A stretch of 64,000 bases of DNA, from positions 62,001 through 126,000 of the forward strand of contig QPMI01000414.1 of assembly GCA_004431415.1 (NCBI GenBank), in the 5' to 3' direction. How positions within the stretch are numbered: position 1 is the first letter of the stretch; each line of letters opens with the position of its first letter. Both the position numbers and the translations under genes were made by a program. The notes beneath the pieces were generated by a model that was not told the origin of the DNA, ran no database searches, and worked only from the letters and a program-made list of their open reading frames with translations. Source of the stretch: Cyanophora paradoxa CCMP329. Lineage: Eukaryota > Plantae > Glaucophyta. Below are positions 12,683 through 25,602 of this stretch, piece after piece.

Positions 12683-14008
12683 ATGGCCTCGCTCTTCGGG
12701 TGCGCCCCCTTTTCGCAACGGCTGCTTAGAAAGCGGGCGAGACGCGTGCTGCGCAACTCTTCCGCGCTCTCCGAGCTGTCGGACTGCCGAGGCGCCCCCA
12801 TGGCGCGGAAGACGCCGGCTGACAGGCATTTGATCCAGCAGCAGCAAGAGCGGGTCCACAAAGACCTTCAAGCCAAAGAAGGCGCGCTCATCAAGCGTTT
12901 GAGCGGCTCGAGCGCTCCCCTCTAAGCCGCCTTCGCAGACTCTCGCGCCCACGCCCAAGAACCTGCACCTGAAGCAGCGGATCGATGCGACGCTCGGGTC
13001 AGGGAACCTGCGCGAAGCTGTCGCACTGCCTCCGGGCGAGGATCTCAACGAGTGGCTCGCAATAAACAGTCCGCGCCGCCCGCGCCGCTGCGCAGCTGCC
13101 TGGCCGACTCCCGCGCAGCTGTCGACTTCTACAATCAGATCAACCTGCTGTATGGTACTATAACAGAGTTCTGCACCCCACAGGAGTGCCCCGTGATGTC
13201 CGCTGGCCCCAAGTGCGCCGCCCGGCCGCCCGCCCCGCCGCAGCGCCTAGCTACATCCGCGCCGCCGGCTGACAGCGCCTCTCGTCTAGGTACGAATACT
13301 TATGGGCTGACGGCGTTCTGATAAAAAAGGCAGTAAAGTGCTCGGCCCCCGAGTGCGTCCGCTGCGTTCCATGCGGCCCGCTGCCTTCCCTCGCTCACTC
13401 TCGCGCAGGTACGTAGAATACCTAATGACATGGGTGGAGAGCTTACTGGAGGACGAGAGCATATTCCCGACACGGCCGGGTGCGCCTTGCCCGCCTCGCA
13501 GGCGGGCGCGGCCCGAACGGGCATGCCTGCCCCGCAGGCGCCCCGTTCCCCAAGTCCTTCGGCTCGATCGTGCGGAACGTTTTCAAGCGGCTCTTCCGCG
13601 TCTACGGACATATATACCACCACCACTTCCGCAAGATCGTGTCCTTGGGCGAGGAAGCTCACCTGAAGTGCGCTCTCTGATCGATCTTCTTCCTGTTCAG
13701 AGCCAGCCAGCGCTGACTGCTACTGCTTCGCAGCACGTGCTTCAAGCACTTTATGTATTTCATCAAAGAGTTCGACCTGGTGGAGAAGAAGGAGCTCGCA
13801 CCGCTCGCGGACCTCATCGGTGCGCCGCTGTTGTGATCCGCTCGAATTTGATCCGAGGGGCTTCCTAAAGAGCGCGCGCCCCCCGCTCGCTCGCGCAGAG
13901 CTCGTCGAGAAGCGCGACTTCGAGCGGGGCCACTCCAACCCTTACGAGACCGAGCGGACGTCCACAAGCAGTCCGGCGGCCGGCAGCGAAGGCGACTCTC
14001 TGGGGTAG
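12683..14008 (+). CDS. MOB1: MOB kinase activator (Mob1 family), about 8 exons
   Basis: Spliced: [147 protein letters not shown]. Confidence 0.97.
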
Positions 14009-14426
14009 CAGGCGCGCGGCCCGGGGCAGGGCTATCCAGATCTCTCTTCCTAGATCTCTCATCAGTCGATTCGTATCACGTCCCTGAAGTACTAGTGTTG
14101 GGTGCATGAAGTTTTGAGGCAGTATCTAGCTATAGCTATCGCTTTCCCCCAGGCCCTGTTCTCTGGTCGTCTTTCAATAGAGCAGCAGCAGGAGTATAGC
14201 AAACTGCCGCCCGCCCGGACCGCGCACGTGCACGTGCTCATGATCACGAGCCTAAGCATACAATTCAGAAATCGAAGGTCAAATCACGCGTACGCTACAG
14301 ATAGATACAGAGCCTATGATCGACGAAGGGAGCCACTGGAGCTAGAGGCAGATGACGGGTGTGACTCCGCTGCTCAGCGAAGAAGAGGACGCTCGAGACG
14401 CGAGCGCCGGGTACAGGGTGCATCCA

Positions 14427-17400
14427 CTACGACTCGGGGGTAGCGGCGTCGCCGTCGACAACGCCCTCGCCGACGCCGTCGGGAATAGACGCGGACACGA
14501 TCTCCACCTGGGTACAGCGTCAGCGCCGCCGTTCTCGAGGAAGCGGAATGGCGGGGTACCTCGAGGTAGATCTTGCCGCCGTCGCCGCTGTCGAGCGTCA
14601 GCTCCTGGGTCAGGACCTTGTCCAACTCGCGGATGCTGGCCAGGTCCAGCTGCGGCACCCGGGTTCGATTCCGCGCGGAGCGGGACTCGTGGGGTGGGGG
14701 GGGGGGGGGGTAGGGGCTCACGTTGTAGTTGCCGAGGGGGCGGCTCTTCCCGATGCGCTCCTTGTCGCACACGCGGATCTGCAGCTCGGGAAGCGGCTGC
14801 AAGAAACAGAGGGAAGAGTTCAGGAATGAACGGGCCCCGCGCGGGTTCGAACCCGGGCCCTGACCTTCCCGACCTCGAGGTCCTCCAGCGACCACTCGAA
14901 GCTCTCGTTGTACTCCGGGTTCAGGTTGTCCCACTTGACCTGGGGGGTACGCGATTCAGGGAATGACGGGGAGGGGGTACGAGTTCGAAGACACACCTGC
15001 GTCTTGTGCTTGACGCCCTCGAACAGGAGCTTGACGAACGGATCGCTCTTGCCTGCGGCGGGGAGTGAGGAGGGGGTACGAGGTGGGATTGTGCGGAGGA
15101 TGGGGTACGCCGTTCATACCGAAGCGCTCGATGTTCTTTAGGTTCTCGCACTTGATGACCTTCACCTTGAGCATCGAGAGCGGCGGAAGCGGCGGCTCGG
15201 CGTCCTGAGCGGAATCAGCATCGCGGAGGAGGCCGGGTGGGGGGGTACGCCGCACCGCCTCGGGGAGGGAGGGCATGCCGCGCTCCACGACGGCGGCGGC
15301 CGCCTCGCGGAGCTGCGCGTCCGTCCCCGCGGCGCCCGCCTTCGAAGATCCCGCGAGCTGCGCCGTGCGCGCGTCGGGGGCCGCCCTTCATTCCTGTACC
15401 CCTCGGCGCCCTCGGGGGGGGGGGAAGAGTACCGGTGCAGCCGAGTCGAGGGCGGCAAAGGCGTCCTCGACGTTCTCCACGGGCTTGTTGGAGGAGTTCT
15501 TCGACGTCGCCTGGCTCGCCTGGGTACGCATTCGGGTAAGCCGGGGGGAGGGAGGCGGGAGGGGTACGCACCTTCAGCAACTCCTCGAAAGGCAGCTTGG
15601 AGTTCTCGTCGAAGATCTCCAGCTTCTTGAAGCCCTCTTTCGATGGGTTGCAGATCTGCGGGCGCGTACCCGTCGGCGAGGGTGGCCCCGACGGGGAGAG
15701 GGCAGGGGATACGCCCACCATGAAGACGAGGCGGATGTCGCCGCTGGCGCCCTTCCCCTTCCTGCGGGGGGCGCAGGGCTGAGCGGCGCGCGCGAACAAG
15801 CACGTAAGGCAGCGTACATCGGGAAGGTCTGGTCGTACTGCGTGGGCACGTCAAGGGCCGAAGCGGTCAGAGGGGTACAGATTCCCGTTTGAGTGTCGGG
15901 GGTACGCACCAGCACGTCCTCGTCGTACCGAGTTATGTCGACCTTGACGCGGCCCATCGAGAAGCGTTCCTCCGCCTGCGTGGTGGGTACGTGAGCAGCA
16001 GAGGTGCCAGGGGGTACAGGGGCCGCCGGGGGTACAGGCCTTGCGCTTCTTGGCGAAGTGCTTGACTTCGAGCAGCAGCATCGTGTTGCCCTTGAGCTCC
16101 AGCACGAATTGCTGCGAACGAAGGGGGGTACGCGGTCAGGGCGGGGGCTGCGGGGATACAGGAAAGCGGAACAAACACTCGCCTCCTGCCACTCGGGGCT
16201 GAGGGTGTCGAACCGGACGTTGCTCTTGAACTTGCGCGTGCTGTAGGCACGAGTTAGGCGCACGTCCTGCAATCTAAGCGCGATCTGTTCTTCTGCGAGA
16301 AATAGCGCACCCAAGGTGGAGGAGGACGAAGGGATCCGAGACGGCGAGATCGGCTGCGGTCTCGCGATTGACAAGGTTCGAGGCGGAGACGAGCCGCAGA
16401 AGCATCGTGCACTCCTCCAGCATCTTCCGCTCTGTACCCCCCTCAGATAAAGAAAGCCACTGAAAGAAAAGAAAAGAAAAGCACTGGGGAGGGAGAGATC
16501 CTTGGCGACCAGCTGCCGGACCAGGTCCTTCCCCATGTTGGGAACCTCCGCCGGCTCCTTGAACGCCTCCTTGTCCAGCAGGCCGTCTGGGGGTACGCGC
16601 GCGTGCGGGTTCGGTTCCGGGGTACGAATGAGCCAGCGGGAGAAGAAACGCGCACCCTTGGGGACGAGCCAGTACTCGACGAAGAGGGCACCGTTGGCGA
16701 CGCCGCGGAGGCGCATCTGGGGGGTACGGCGAGCTCGGTACGGGTATGGGTGGGCGTCCGAGAAGAAGGGGGTACCGCACCTCCTGCTGCTGGACGGAAT
16801 CGACGCGCCACTCGAGAATGTTGGCGTCCGTCGAACCGATCGAGTCGTCTGGGGACGCGTCAGTAGCGGAGGGCGGCGGAGGAGCTGCGTCCGCGCGCGC
16901 CCTGGGACATTTTGTCCTCGTCGAAGACCTCCAGCACAATCTTGGTATCGTCCTTCTCGCTGTTCACGTCCTGCCCAGGGCCCCCGGCCTCAGGCGGGCC
17001 GCAAGGCGGTGGGTGGCGGGGGCACGGGCCGCGCACCCAGCACCACCAGACGTCCCTCCAGCCGGCCTTCGTCGGGTCGGCGTGCTTCTCGAGCCCCCCG
17101 CGCTTGACGAATTCCAGCGCGTCCTCCCGCTCCTTGAGGTACTTGCTCTTGTGCGCGTCCGCGAGATCCTTCTCCCAGTCATACTTGAGCCCGGGAGGCT
17201 TCTCCAGGTCCGTCCACCAGAAGGGGAAGAGGTCGTCGTCGACGGTCTGCCGGGGGGTACCGCTTTGTTCCAGTTCGGACGGGGGCAAGGGGGGTACGCG
17301 GCACCTTGGTCCGGAACGACTTGCCGCAGAGCGTGACCATGCAGTAGGCGTCGGAGACGTCCTGTAACCCCCAGAGGTCGGGCCGGGAGGGGGGTACGGC

Positions 17401-18833
17401 GAGCGGGGGCGGGCGGGGGCGCGCGGCACCTTGCCGCTGTCGGCGTTCTTGAGGCGCTCGGCGCGCAGGACGCGGAGGAAGACCTTGCCGTGGAACGACT
17501 TCTGGTCCGGCGGCGCGTCTGGAAGAATGCGGAGGCGCGTGAGCGAGCGCGGTGGGAAATCGCGGCTTCGGGGGGTACGGCGGCGTACACTCGTGGTCGG
17601 CGTTGCCGTAGACGTGGTAGCGGTTGGGCCAGACGAAGGTGGAGTCCAAGTTCTGCTGGATGACCTCGTAGATCTTGTGGCGGAGCCCGGGGAACTGCCA
17701 GCGGCGCAAACGGGAGAGCCCACTCAGGCGGGGCGCCAGGCCACAAGAGCGCGCGCCTCTGATCTCACGCACATCCATGATGTCGAGGCCGGCGATGGGC
17801 TCGAGAGAGAACTCCAGCAGGGGGCGCTCGCGGAAGGAGATCCTGCGGGCCGGTGAGCGGCGGGAAAGGAGAGGGAAGGAAAGGAAGGAAGCGGGGGAGG
17901 GGGCGCGCCACATCGGGTTCTCCCAGCCGAAGCGCTCGTCCTGAAGGATCTTGATGCGGACCTGCGCAAGGCAGGATTCGATCCCGGGCGCAGGCGACGG
18001 ATTTGATTCGCGCGCACCCGGGCTTGGAGCCGGCGGATGGTTGCCGACGCAGGGATGGGCAGGTGGCCGCCCGGAATGAGCATAATGTTGATCTCCAGTC
18101 GAATGCGACCAGTGTACTCGAGGACCGTCTCGAGCAGCACCTCCTGCGGCCGGCGTGAGCCGGCGGCGGGCGGACGAGGGAGGCGGGGCGCGGCCGCGCC
18201 TTGCGGGCCGTCGGACAGAAGTGGAAGTCGATGAGCCTGGGGGGCATCGGGCCGACGTCGACCTTGCGAACTTGGATCTTGATCTGCGCGGGGCGTCGCA
18301 TCCACCCGCACCCAGAGCGGCGGTGTGGGGAGGCGCACGAAGGAGTTCTTCATCAGCGCGGTCATGATGTTCTGAATCTTCTTCTGCGCGCTTTCCTGCG
18401 CTGCTCGTGAGCGAGAGAGCGCGTTGCGGTCACCGCCGAGAAGCGCAGCTGCGTACGTTCATGTCGCTCTTGTACTCGTTCCACAGCTTAGAGAGCGTGT
18501 GGTTGAACCATTCGGCTCCCTCCTCCTCGCTCCATCCCTGCACTGCCGCGTGAGAGCGCGGCCAGCAGCGGCGGGCGGGGCGCCGGCGCGGACCCCGGCG
18601 GCGTGGTGCGTGAGGAACTCCTTAACCTGCTCTTTTGTGGTGTCCTTCCGACGGAACGAGTAGAACGCAAAGAAGCTGATTCCCATCGCAAACAACGAAC
18701 TGATACCGCATCTGCCGGCTGCGACACGTCGAACGCGGATATCGCGGTCAGCGCCCTGTCCAGGATCCGCGCGGGCGCTCCACCTACCCGCATAACACAG
18801 CAAGGCGCCAGTCAGGTTCGTAACTAGACCCAT
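14427..18833 (-). CDS. Extended synaptotagmin/tricalbin-like protein (N-terminal membrane anchor, SMP domain, several C2 domains)
   Basis: SMP hallmarks EGAEWFNHTLSKLW, VDVGPMPPRL, NLDSTFVWPNRY. C2 blocks FLRVLRAERLKNADSGKDVSDAYC, LEVFDEDKMS, LRLVSASNL..SDPFVLL, LKVKVIKCENLKNIERFG..SDPFVKL. Ends ...ATPES* at 14427. Start ATG tentative. Confidence 0.85.
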
Positions 18834-19058
18834 TCGGCCGGCTGATCGAGCCCGGGCGATGCCCGCGGCTGGAGCACGATGCTAACGCTCGTCCCGCTCG
18901 GCCCGAACAGAGCGGGATCCACGCCGATGCAGGCTGCCGTACGCGCGCCCTGGAGCCGCCTACACGTCGAGACCAACGCGGTCGGATCACCGGGGCCCGA
19001 CTCGCCTTGTTAACTGATTGAGGTACCACCCCCTGAGATCGCCGAGCCGCGGCCAGCG

Positions 19059-22000
19059 ATGGCCAGCCTGCTGGCGAAGCTCGACGACAAGCTCTCGCCT
19101 TCGAAGCAGAAGCTTGTGGTTTCGATCGGGTCGCTGTTGCTGTCCTGGGTGTTCGGTCACTATGGCCTGTCGACGACCTCAGCCATCGTCCTCGCCCTGG
19201 GCACCACCCTGTTCCACACCCTCCGTAAGACCAGTTTCGAGGAGGCTGTGAAGCAGCATCTCGTTTCCACGCTCACGGTTCGTGTGATCGCCCGCTTCAA
19301 CATAACGCTTTGCACCTGTCGGGCGGATACGCGGGGCTGGCCTCTCTGACGAATTCGCTCGGCTCCTCTGTCCTTGTTTATGCACCGCAGGGCTGGTCCG
19401 GTGCGTAGCGCGCCCGTACGCGGTCCTCCGGAGCGCCGCATGACACGACCGGGGCCCCGCAGATGACGAGGGCGCCGAATGGTTCAACGGGTCTTTCGTC
19501 AAGTACTGGAACGCGTACAAGCGCGAGCTGAACGTGCGCTCCCCTGGCGCCCGTCCCTCAGATTTCGAGCCTGACAGCGCCGCTCGGCCCGCTTAGGACA
19601 AAGTGCACGACACGATGCAGAACATCCTCGCCGGATACAGCGGCTGGGCCGGCCTGGTTCGCGCTCGCCCCCGTCGCTCGCCCTGCCGTCGCTCGCTGGT
19701 CGGTCCGACTGACCGAAACTGCGCCGCAGGAGGAGATCGTTGTGAAGGAGGTCGACGTAGGCCCGACGGCGCCCAAGCTCAAGAACTTTAAATTCCTTCA
19801 CACGGGCGGCAAGTTCATCCTCCTCGAGACGACACTGTACTACGAGGGCCGCATCTACGTCGGCCTGGAGGTGCTTTCCCGCCCCGCGCGCTTCCCTTCC
19901 CTTCCCTTCCCTGATCCGCTTCGCGATCTAGGTCCGGTTCCAGAAGCTGCCGAACATGAGCGCAACCGCGGCCATCACCAAGCTCGAGGGCAAGGTCCGC
20001 GCCCCGTCTCTTTCTCTCTCTTCGTCGTCCTTTTCTGACGCTCCTTCGAATCCCGGCAGGTCCGGTTCAAGATGGACATGCCCAAGTCCCTGGGCGAGCT
20101 CTCCTCCCAGCCCGTCTGGATGTCCCTCCGGAAGAAGCCCACCATCGCCTTCGAGGTGCGGTACCCCCGCCCCGCACCCGACGTTCACGTACCCCTCCCT
20201 CACCTCGCCGACTACCTCCCCACAGCTCGTTGTCGCTGGCCAGAAGAACCTTTTCGATTGGGACGCGCTCAAGTCCAAGATCGAGGGGTCGATCCAGGCG
20301 AGCGCCCTTTCCTTCGCTCTTCCTGCGCCCGCCCCGCCCCGCTCACCTCGTCCTTCTTCGCTCCGCAGGGTGCCATCTACCGCAAGATGGTCTGGCCCAA
20401 CAACGTGCGCCGCTGTACCCCTCCCCTGCGGCGGCGGCCATCGCGCCCCTGACCCGCCCGCCCGCAGTACCAGATCAAGGGCCAGTGGGTCGAGGGCGGC
20501 GGTGCGCGAGCGGCCCGGGGCGCGGGGGCCGGCGCCCCTGGAGGGGTACGCCCTTCCAGTCCTAACGGGTACCGCGCGTCGCGTCGTCAGAGGCGGAGAG
20601 CGAGAAGCGTCACTTCAAGGGCAAGGTCATGGTGAAGGTCCTGCGGGCGCTCAACCTGGAGAACCGGGACGAGGGCGGGGGCGACGTGTCGGACCCGTAC
20701 TGTGTGGCGACGGTCAACGGCGTCCAGAAGCGCACGCGGGTCGTGAAGGACAACCTGAACCCCGTCTGGTTCGACAAGGAGAAGGACGAGCCCTGGGACT
20801 GGGTCCGTCCTCCGCTCTCGATCCCTCCCACTCTTTCTTTCTCTTTCTTTCTGTCTCTTCTTACTCACTGACCTCTTCCTCTTCCGCGTCTTCGTCTCAG
20901 CCGCTGGATAGCCGGGACCGGGACGGCATCCTCCGCGTCGAGGCCTTCGACGAGGACAAGCTCACCCGCGACGAATCCCTCGGCGCCGCCGAGGTGCGTG
21001 CGCGCGGGCCGGCTGGCCGGCTGGCCCCCCATCTAGTTACATTCGGAAGCGTGCTACAGCTACAGCTGCGGCGCCCTTCTTTCTTTGCTCGCGATTAGCT
21101 CTTAGATCGGCTTTCCGGCTACGTTTACGTGTTACGAATGCGTCTGCCGCCTCTGATCGCGCGCGGCGCCCCCCAGATCGACCTGTTCGAGCTGCCGTAC
21201 GACCGGTGGGAGGAGCGCTGGCTCACGCTCGCCGGCAAGGACGTCCGCCGCGGCACCATCCTCGTCGAGGTCAAGCTCATCCGCGGTGCTCTGCGCCCGC
21301 CCACTCTCTCTCTACGCTCTTCCCTCCCTGTCTCTGAGCGGCTGCCTCCTCTTCTTCCTCGTTCAGACGCGGAGAAGGAGAAGGAGGCTAAGGAGAGGGA
21401 GCTCAAGAAGGGCGCCGTGGCAGCCGACGCCCTCATGCAGCGTGCGCCGCCAGCCCCCTTGCCCCCCTTCCGGACCCCGAGCGGACCCTAGAAAGGAAGA
21501 AGATCGAGGCTCACGTGCCGGCCTCCCCTCGCAGGGCGCAAGGTGCTCGGCTCGGGGTACGCCATCGTCGAGGTCTTGCGCGCCAAGGACCTGCCCAACG
21601 TCGAGACGCACAAGGGTTCGATTCCGATGAGAAGAAGCTCCGCCTGCCGCGCTCTGTTGCTCACCCCTCGTTTCCCATTCGCTTCGCGCCCCCCAGACCA
21701 GGGGAAATCGGACCCGTACCTCACGCTGCGGCTGGGGAACCTGCGCCAGAAGACGGACATCCTGGAGGAGACGCTCGAGCCCGAGTGGAATGAGAAGTTC
21801 GTCTTCAAGATCGACGGGTGCGGCCCTGCTTGAATCGCTTTCGCACTCTACAGCATCGTGTATCATCGATCCGATCCGATCCGATCCGACCCGACCCCAT
21901 TCGATCCATCTCTAGCCCCTCCATCGCCCGGCCGCCCCTCCGCGCCCCGCCCGTGCGCTGACCTCGGAGCAGCGAGCGGATCCTGGAGGGGGAGGTGAAG

Positions 22001-23084
22001 GACTTCCAGAAGTTCGGCAAGAACCGCTCCATGGGCCGCTTCATGGCGCGCTGCTCAGATGTGATCTTCTGATCTGATCTTCAGATCTGATGTGAGCTCA
22101 GATCGACCTGAACGAGATCAAGGAGGAAATGGACCACGATCCCAAGTGGTACAACCTGCGGGGCGGCCGCGGGAGCGTGCAACTCGCCTTGAAGACGACG
22201 CTGCGGCCGAGGAAGGACGAGCTCGAGAAAGCCCTCAGCAAGTCCTCCGCCACCATCGCCTACTCGATGACGGCCGGCGGGCGCAACATGGCGGGGATGA
22301 TGTCCATGCGCGGCGGGCCCGGCGCCTCCTCCAAGGTCAACCGGAGCCTCGGCATGTCGCTCATGGGCACGATGGGCGCCGGGCCGGCCCCCATCGCCGA
22401 GGGCGACGAGATCCTACCCGTCAAGCGCGTCAGCGTCACCATCCACTGCTGTGAAGGCCTCAAGAACGTCGAAAAGTTTGGTGCGGCCTGTACCCTCACC
22501 CGCCTTCTATCTACCCCTTTCTGAGCGCCCGGGCAGGCAAGAGCGACCCGCTGGTCCGCGTCTCCCTCGGCGCCAAGGAGTTCAAGACCGAGGTGCCCAT
22601 TTCTCGAATAGAGCTGGAATCCTGTACCCCGGCTGACCCTGTCGGGTCGGGGTACAGGCGAAGCGGAACGAGCTGAACCCGGTGTACGAGAAGACGTTCG
22701 ACTGGGACTGGAAGTTCCTCGCCCCCGAGGAGGGCCAGACCCAGGTACCCCCTGCTCCCTCCCCCCTGCTTCCTCCCCCCGATTCCTGTACCCCCGCCTC
22801 ACTGTACCCCCCCGCAGCGCCTGCCGGACCTGGTGCTGAAGGTGGAGGACGACGAGCTGATGGGCACGAACCGCCCGCTGGGGGAGTACACCCTCTCGCT
22901 CCAGGTGCGAGCGCGCGCTGGCTCTCGCTCTCGCACTCTCCCTCTTACGTACTCCCTTCGTCGTCTCTTTCTGCAGCACATCGGGGAGCGGAACGACGCT
23001 GTGAAGTTTACGGAGGAGCTGGAGCACGGGGAGGGGGGTACCATCACCTTCTCCGTCGAGCTCATCGACAACATCGCACACTGA
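19059..23084 (+). CDS. Extended synaptotagmin/tricalbin-like protein, paralogue of the divergent neighbour
   Basis: MASLLAKLDD, then a hydrophobic segment, EGAEWFNGSFVKYW, VDVGPTAPKL, IYRKMVWPNN. C2 blocks MVKVLRALNLENRDEGGGDVSDPYC, VEVLRAKDL..KSDPYLTL, VTIHCCEGLKNVEKFGKSDPLV. Stop at 23082-23084. Confidence 0.88.
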
Positions 23085-23869
23085 GCGGCGGCCTCGCGCC
23101 AACCGGCGGCGCGGCGCGGCGCTCTGCCTCCCTTTTTCGGCGCGGCCCGTGGCGTGGGCGTGGCGCGGGCGCCCCGGCCTGCTGTCGCCCGAGGCCTTTG
23201 AACGCCAGCCGCCGCCTTCCCGGCCCCGGTGTCCTCGTTAGCCTGGGTATTCGAACGCCACCCTTCTTGTGAATTAGACCCTTGTTTCTCAGCTTTTGTG
23301 AATCCTTGTTGTTTTGGTAGCGCAATGCGTATGTACATGTCGCTGGATTTTGGATCATCGGATCGTATGTACATACGATTTGAAGCGCGAATGCGTACTA
23401 CGTATATACATAGTAATAGTCTCGGATCCGATAACTTTTTCTAGTTTTCGCTGGGTTCTCGGTTTTTTTTATAACGGAACCCAACTTCCTGAGACGGGGA
23501 CTTCAACGCCCGCGTAACGGAACCAGTTCCCGGATAGTCCCAAGTCTAAGGACCTCATAGCCCCGACCAGCGCCGCTGAAAGACGCGTCCTAAGCGACCT
23601 CGGGATTGCATATCGACATACACTCGCTTCCGGGCGGTCGCGGAGCGCAGCCTGGGCGCCGAAAATGACGATGAGCACTATGCGAAGTGAATTCTCGAGC
23701 GGCAGCCCTTAATCTGCTGCAGCAGCTGAGATCGCTCTCGCCCGTTTGCACGGCCAAAAAAAGGCCGAAAAGACCCAAGCGTACCCCCCTCAAGGGCCAA
23801 AACAGCTTTCCAGACAGCAGCGTCGCGCGCGCACACGTCGAGGCGCGCAATCGAACGCGCCAAACGTAT

Positions 23870-24940
23870 CGAATGCTTGGGGCCCGTCCGGCGGGCCTCG
23901 CTCTTTGGGCCAGGTGAGCTGGCGGCGCGGCCGGAAGGCTCTCGCAACGGTCTCTGAGCTATCCGCCCGCAGATGTCCTCCGTCGCGCACGCCCGCAGTC
24001 CGCAGGGCGCCCAAGCGCATCGATTGCTCGGGGGCCGTCCGTCGGGCCTCGCTCTTTGGGCCAGGTGATCATGAGCCAGCGGCGGCGCCGGAAGGCTCTC
24101 GCAACGGTCTCTGAGCTATCCACCCGCAGATGTCCTCCGTCGCGCGCGCCCGCAGTCCGCAGGGCGCCCAAGCGCATCAATTGCTCGAGGCCCGTCCGGC
24201 GGGCCTCGCTCTTTGGGCCAGGTGAGCTGGCGGCGGCGCCGGAAGGCTCTCGCAACGGTCTCTGAGCTATCCGCCCGCAGATGTCCTCCGTCGCGCGCGC
24301 CCGCAGTCCGCAGGGCGCCCAAGCGCATCGATTGCTCGGGGGCCGTCCGGCGGGCCTCGCTCTTTGGGCCAGGTGATCATGAGCCAGCGGCGGCGCCGGA
24401 AGGCTCTCGCAACGGTCTCTGAGCTATCCACCCGCAGATGTCCTCCGTCGCGCGCGCCCGCAGTCCGCAGGGCGCCCAAGCGCATCGATTGCTCGGGGGC
24501 CGTCCGGCGGGCCTCGCTCTTTGGGCCAGGTGATCATGAGCCAGCGGCGGCGCCGGAAGGCTCTCGCAACGGTCTCTGAGCTATCCGCCCGCAGATGTCC
24601 TCCGTCGCGCACGCCCGCAGTCCGCAGGGCGCCCAAGCGCATCGATTGCTCGGGGGCCGTCCGGCGGGCCTCGCTCTTTGGGCCAGGTGATCATGAGCCA
24701 GCGGCGGCGCCGGAAGGCTCTCGCAACGGTCTCTGAGCTATCCACCCGCAGATGTCCTCCGTCGCGCGCGCCCGCAGTCCGCAGGGCGCCCAAGCGCATC
24801 GATTGCTCGCGGCCCGTCCGGCGGGCCTCGCTCTTTGGGCCAGGTGAGCCGGCGGCGCGGCCGGAAGGCTCTCGCAACGATCTCTGAGCTATCCGCCCGC
24901 AGATGGCCTCCGTAGCGCGCGCCCGCAGTCCGCAGGGCAG
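23870..24940. repeat. Tandem repeat, about 7 units of 151 or 157 bp
   Basis: Units start near 23882, 24033, 24190, 24341, 24498, 24655 and 24812 and are nearly identical. The 157-bp units carry TGATCATGA where the 151-bp units have TGA. Confidence 0.97.
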
Positions 24941-25602
24941 GGCGTCCAATTTCAAGTCCAATTTGCACGTACTTTCTGCTATATATGTACATTCTGCGAT
25001 GCATTATATTATGAGATGCCCACTGCCTTCGAGGCTCACACCACTATTACTGCTCCCCATGCCTGACTCCGGGAAAGTTCGGCGCGCCACCTGACTCCGG
25101 GTTAATCCCCCCCTTATACCCCTTTAACTTGCCTCCAAACAGCCCCCGCCGAGAGCATCTCGGGTCCTGGTTCTCGATACGTATACGGTATCATAGTATG
25201 CGAACGCGCGGCAACGGCCTGCGCATGCACTGCGGCATCATGGCATGCGGCATGCACTTCTAGATCTAGCCGGCAATTGCAATTGCGCATGCAAGCAAGA
25301 AGCGCTAGCGCTAGCGCTAGCCGGCGCAAGCCTCGAGCTCGTACTACGGTACGCGTATACGTACGCGTGTACCCCGCGGAGCTGCGGTCAGCGGCCGATT
25401 AGCTATAGGCCCCGCTGCGGCCCCGGCGGGCGGCAGGCGTGCCAGCTAACAGCAATTTACTGTCAGATACGACGGTCGACACCGCACCGCCGCCGCCGTC
25501 GCCGGGGGCCGAGTTCGAACACGGCCGCGGCGCGGCGCGCACTGGTCTCGCACCAGGCAGCCTGGCAGACCTACGCCCGCGCCTGGCAGCTGCAAAGTTA
25601 TC

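Noticed and set aside
23676-23690. CACTA pentamer as an EnSpm terminus
   Set aside because: No matching inverted end with a 3-bp TSD was found; the ttttagtg words near 45620 and 47275 do not pair with it.
23870-24940. CRISPR array or repeat-encoded protein
   Set aside because: No unique spacers, unit lengths are not multiples of 3, and the context is eukaryotic.
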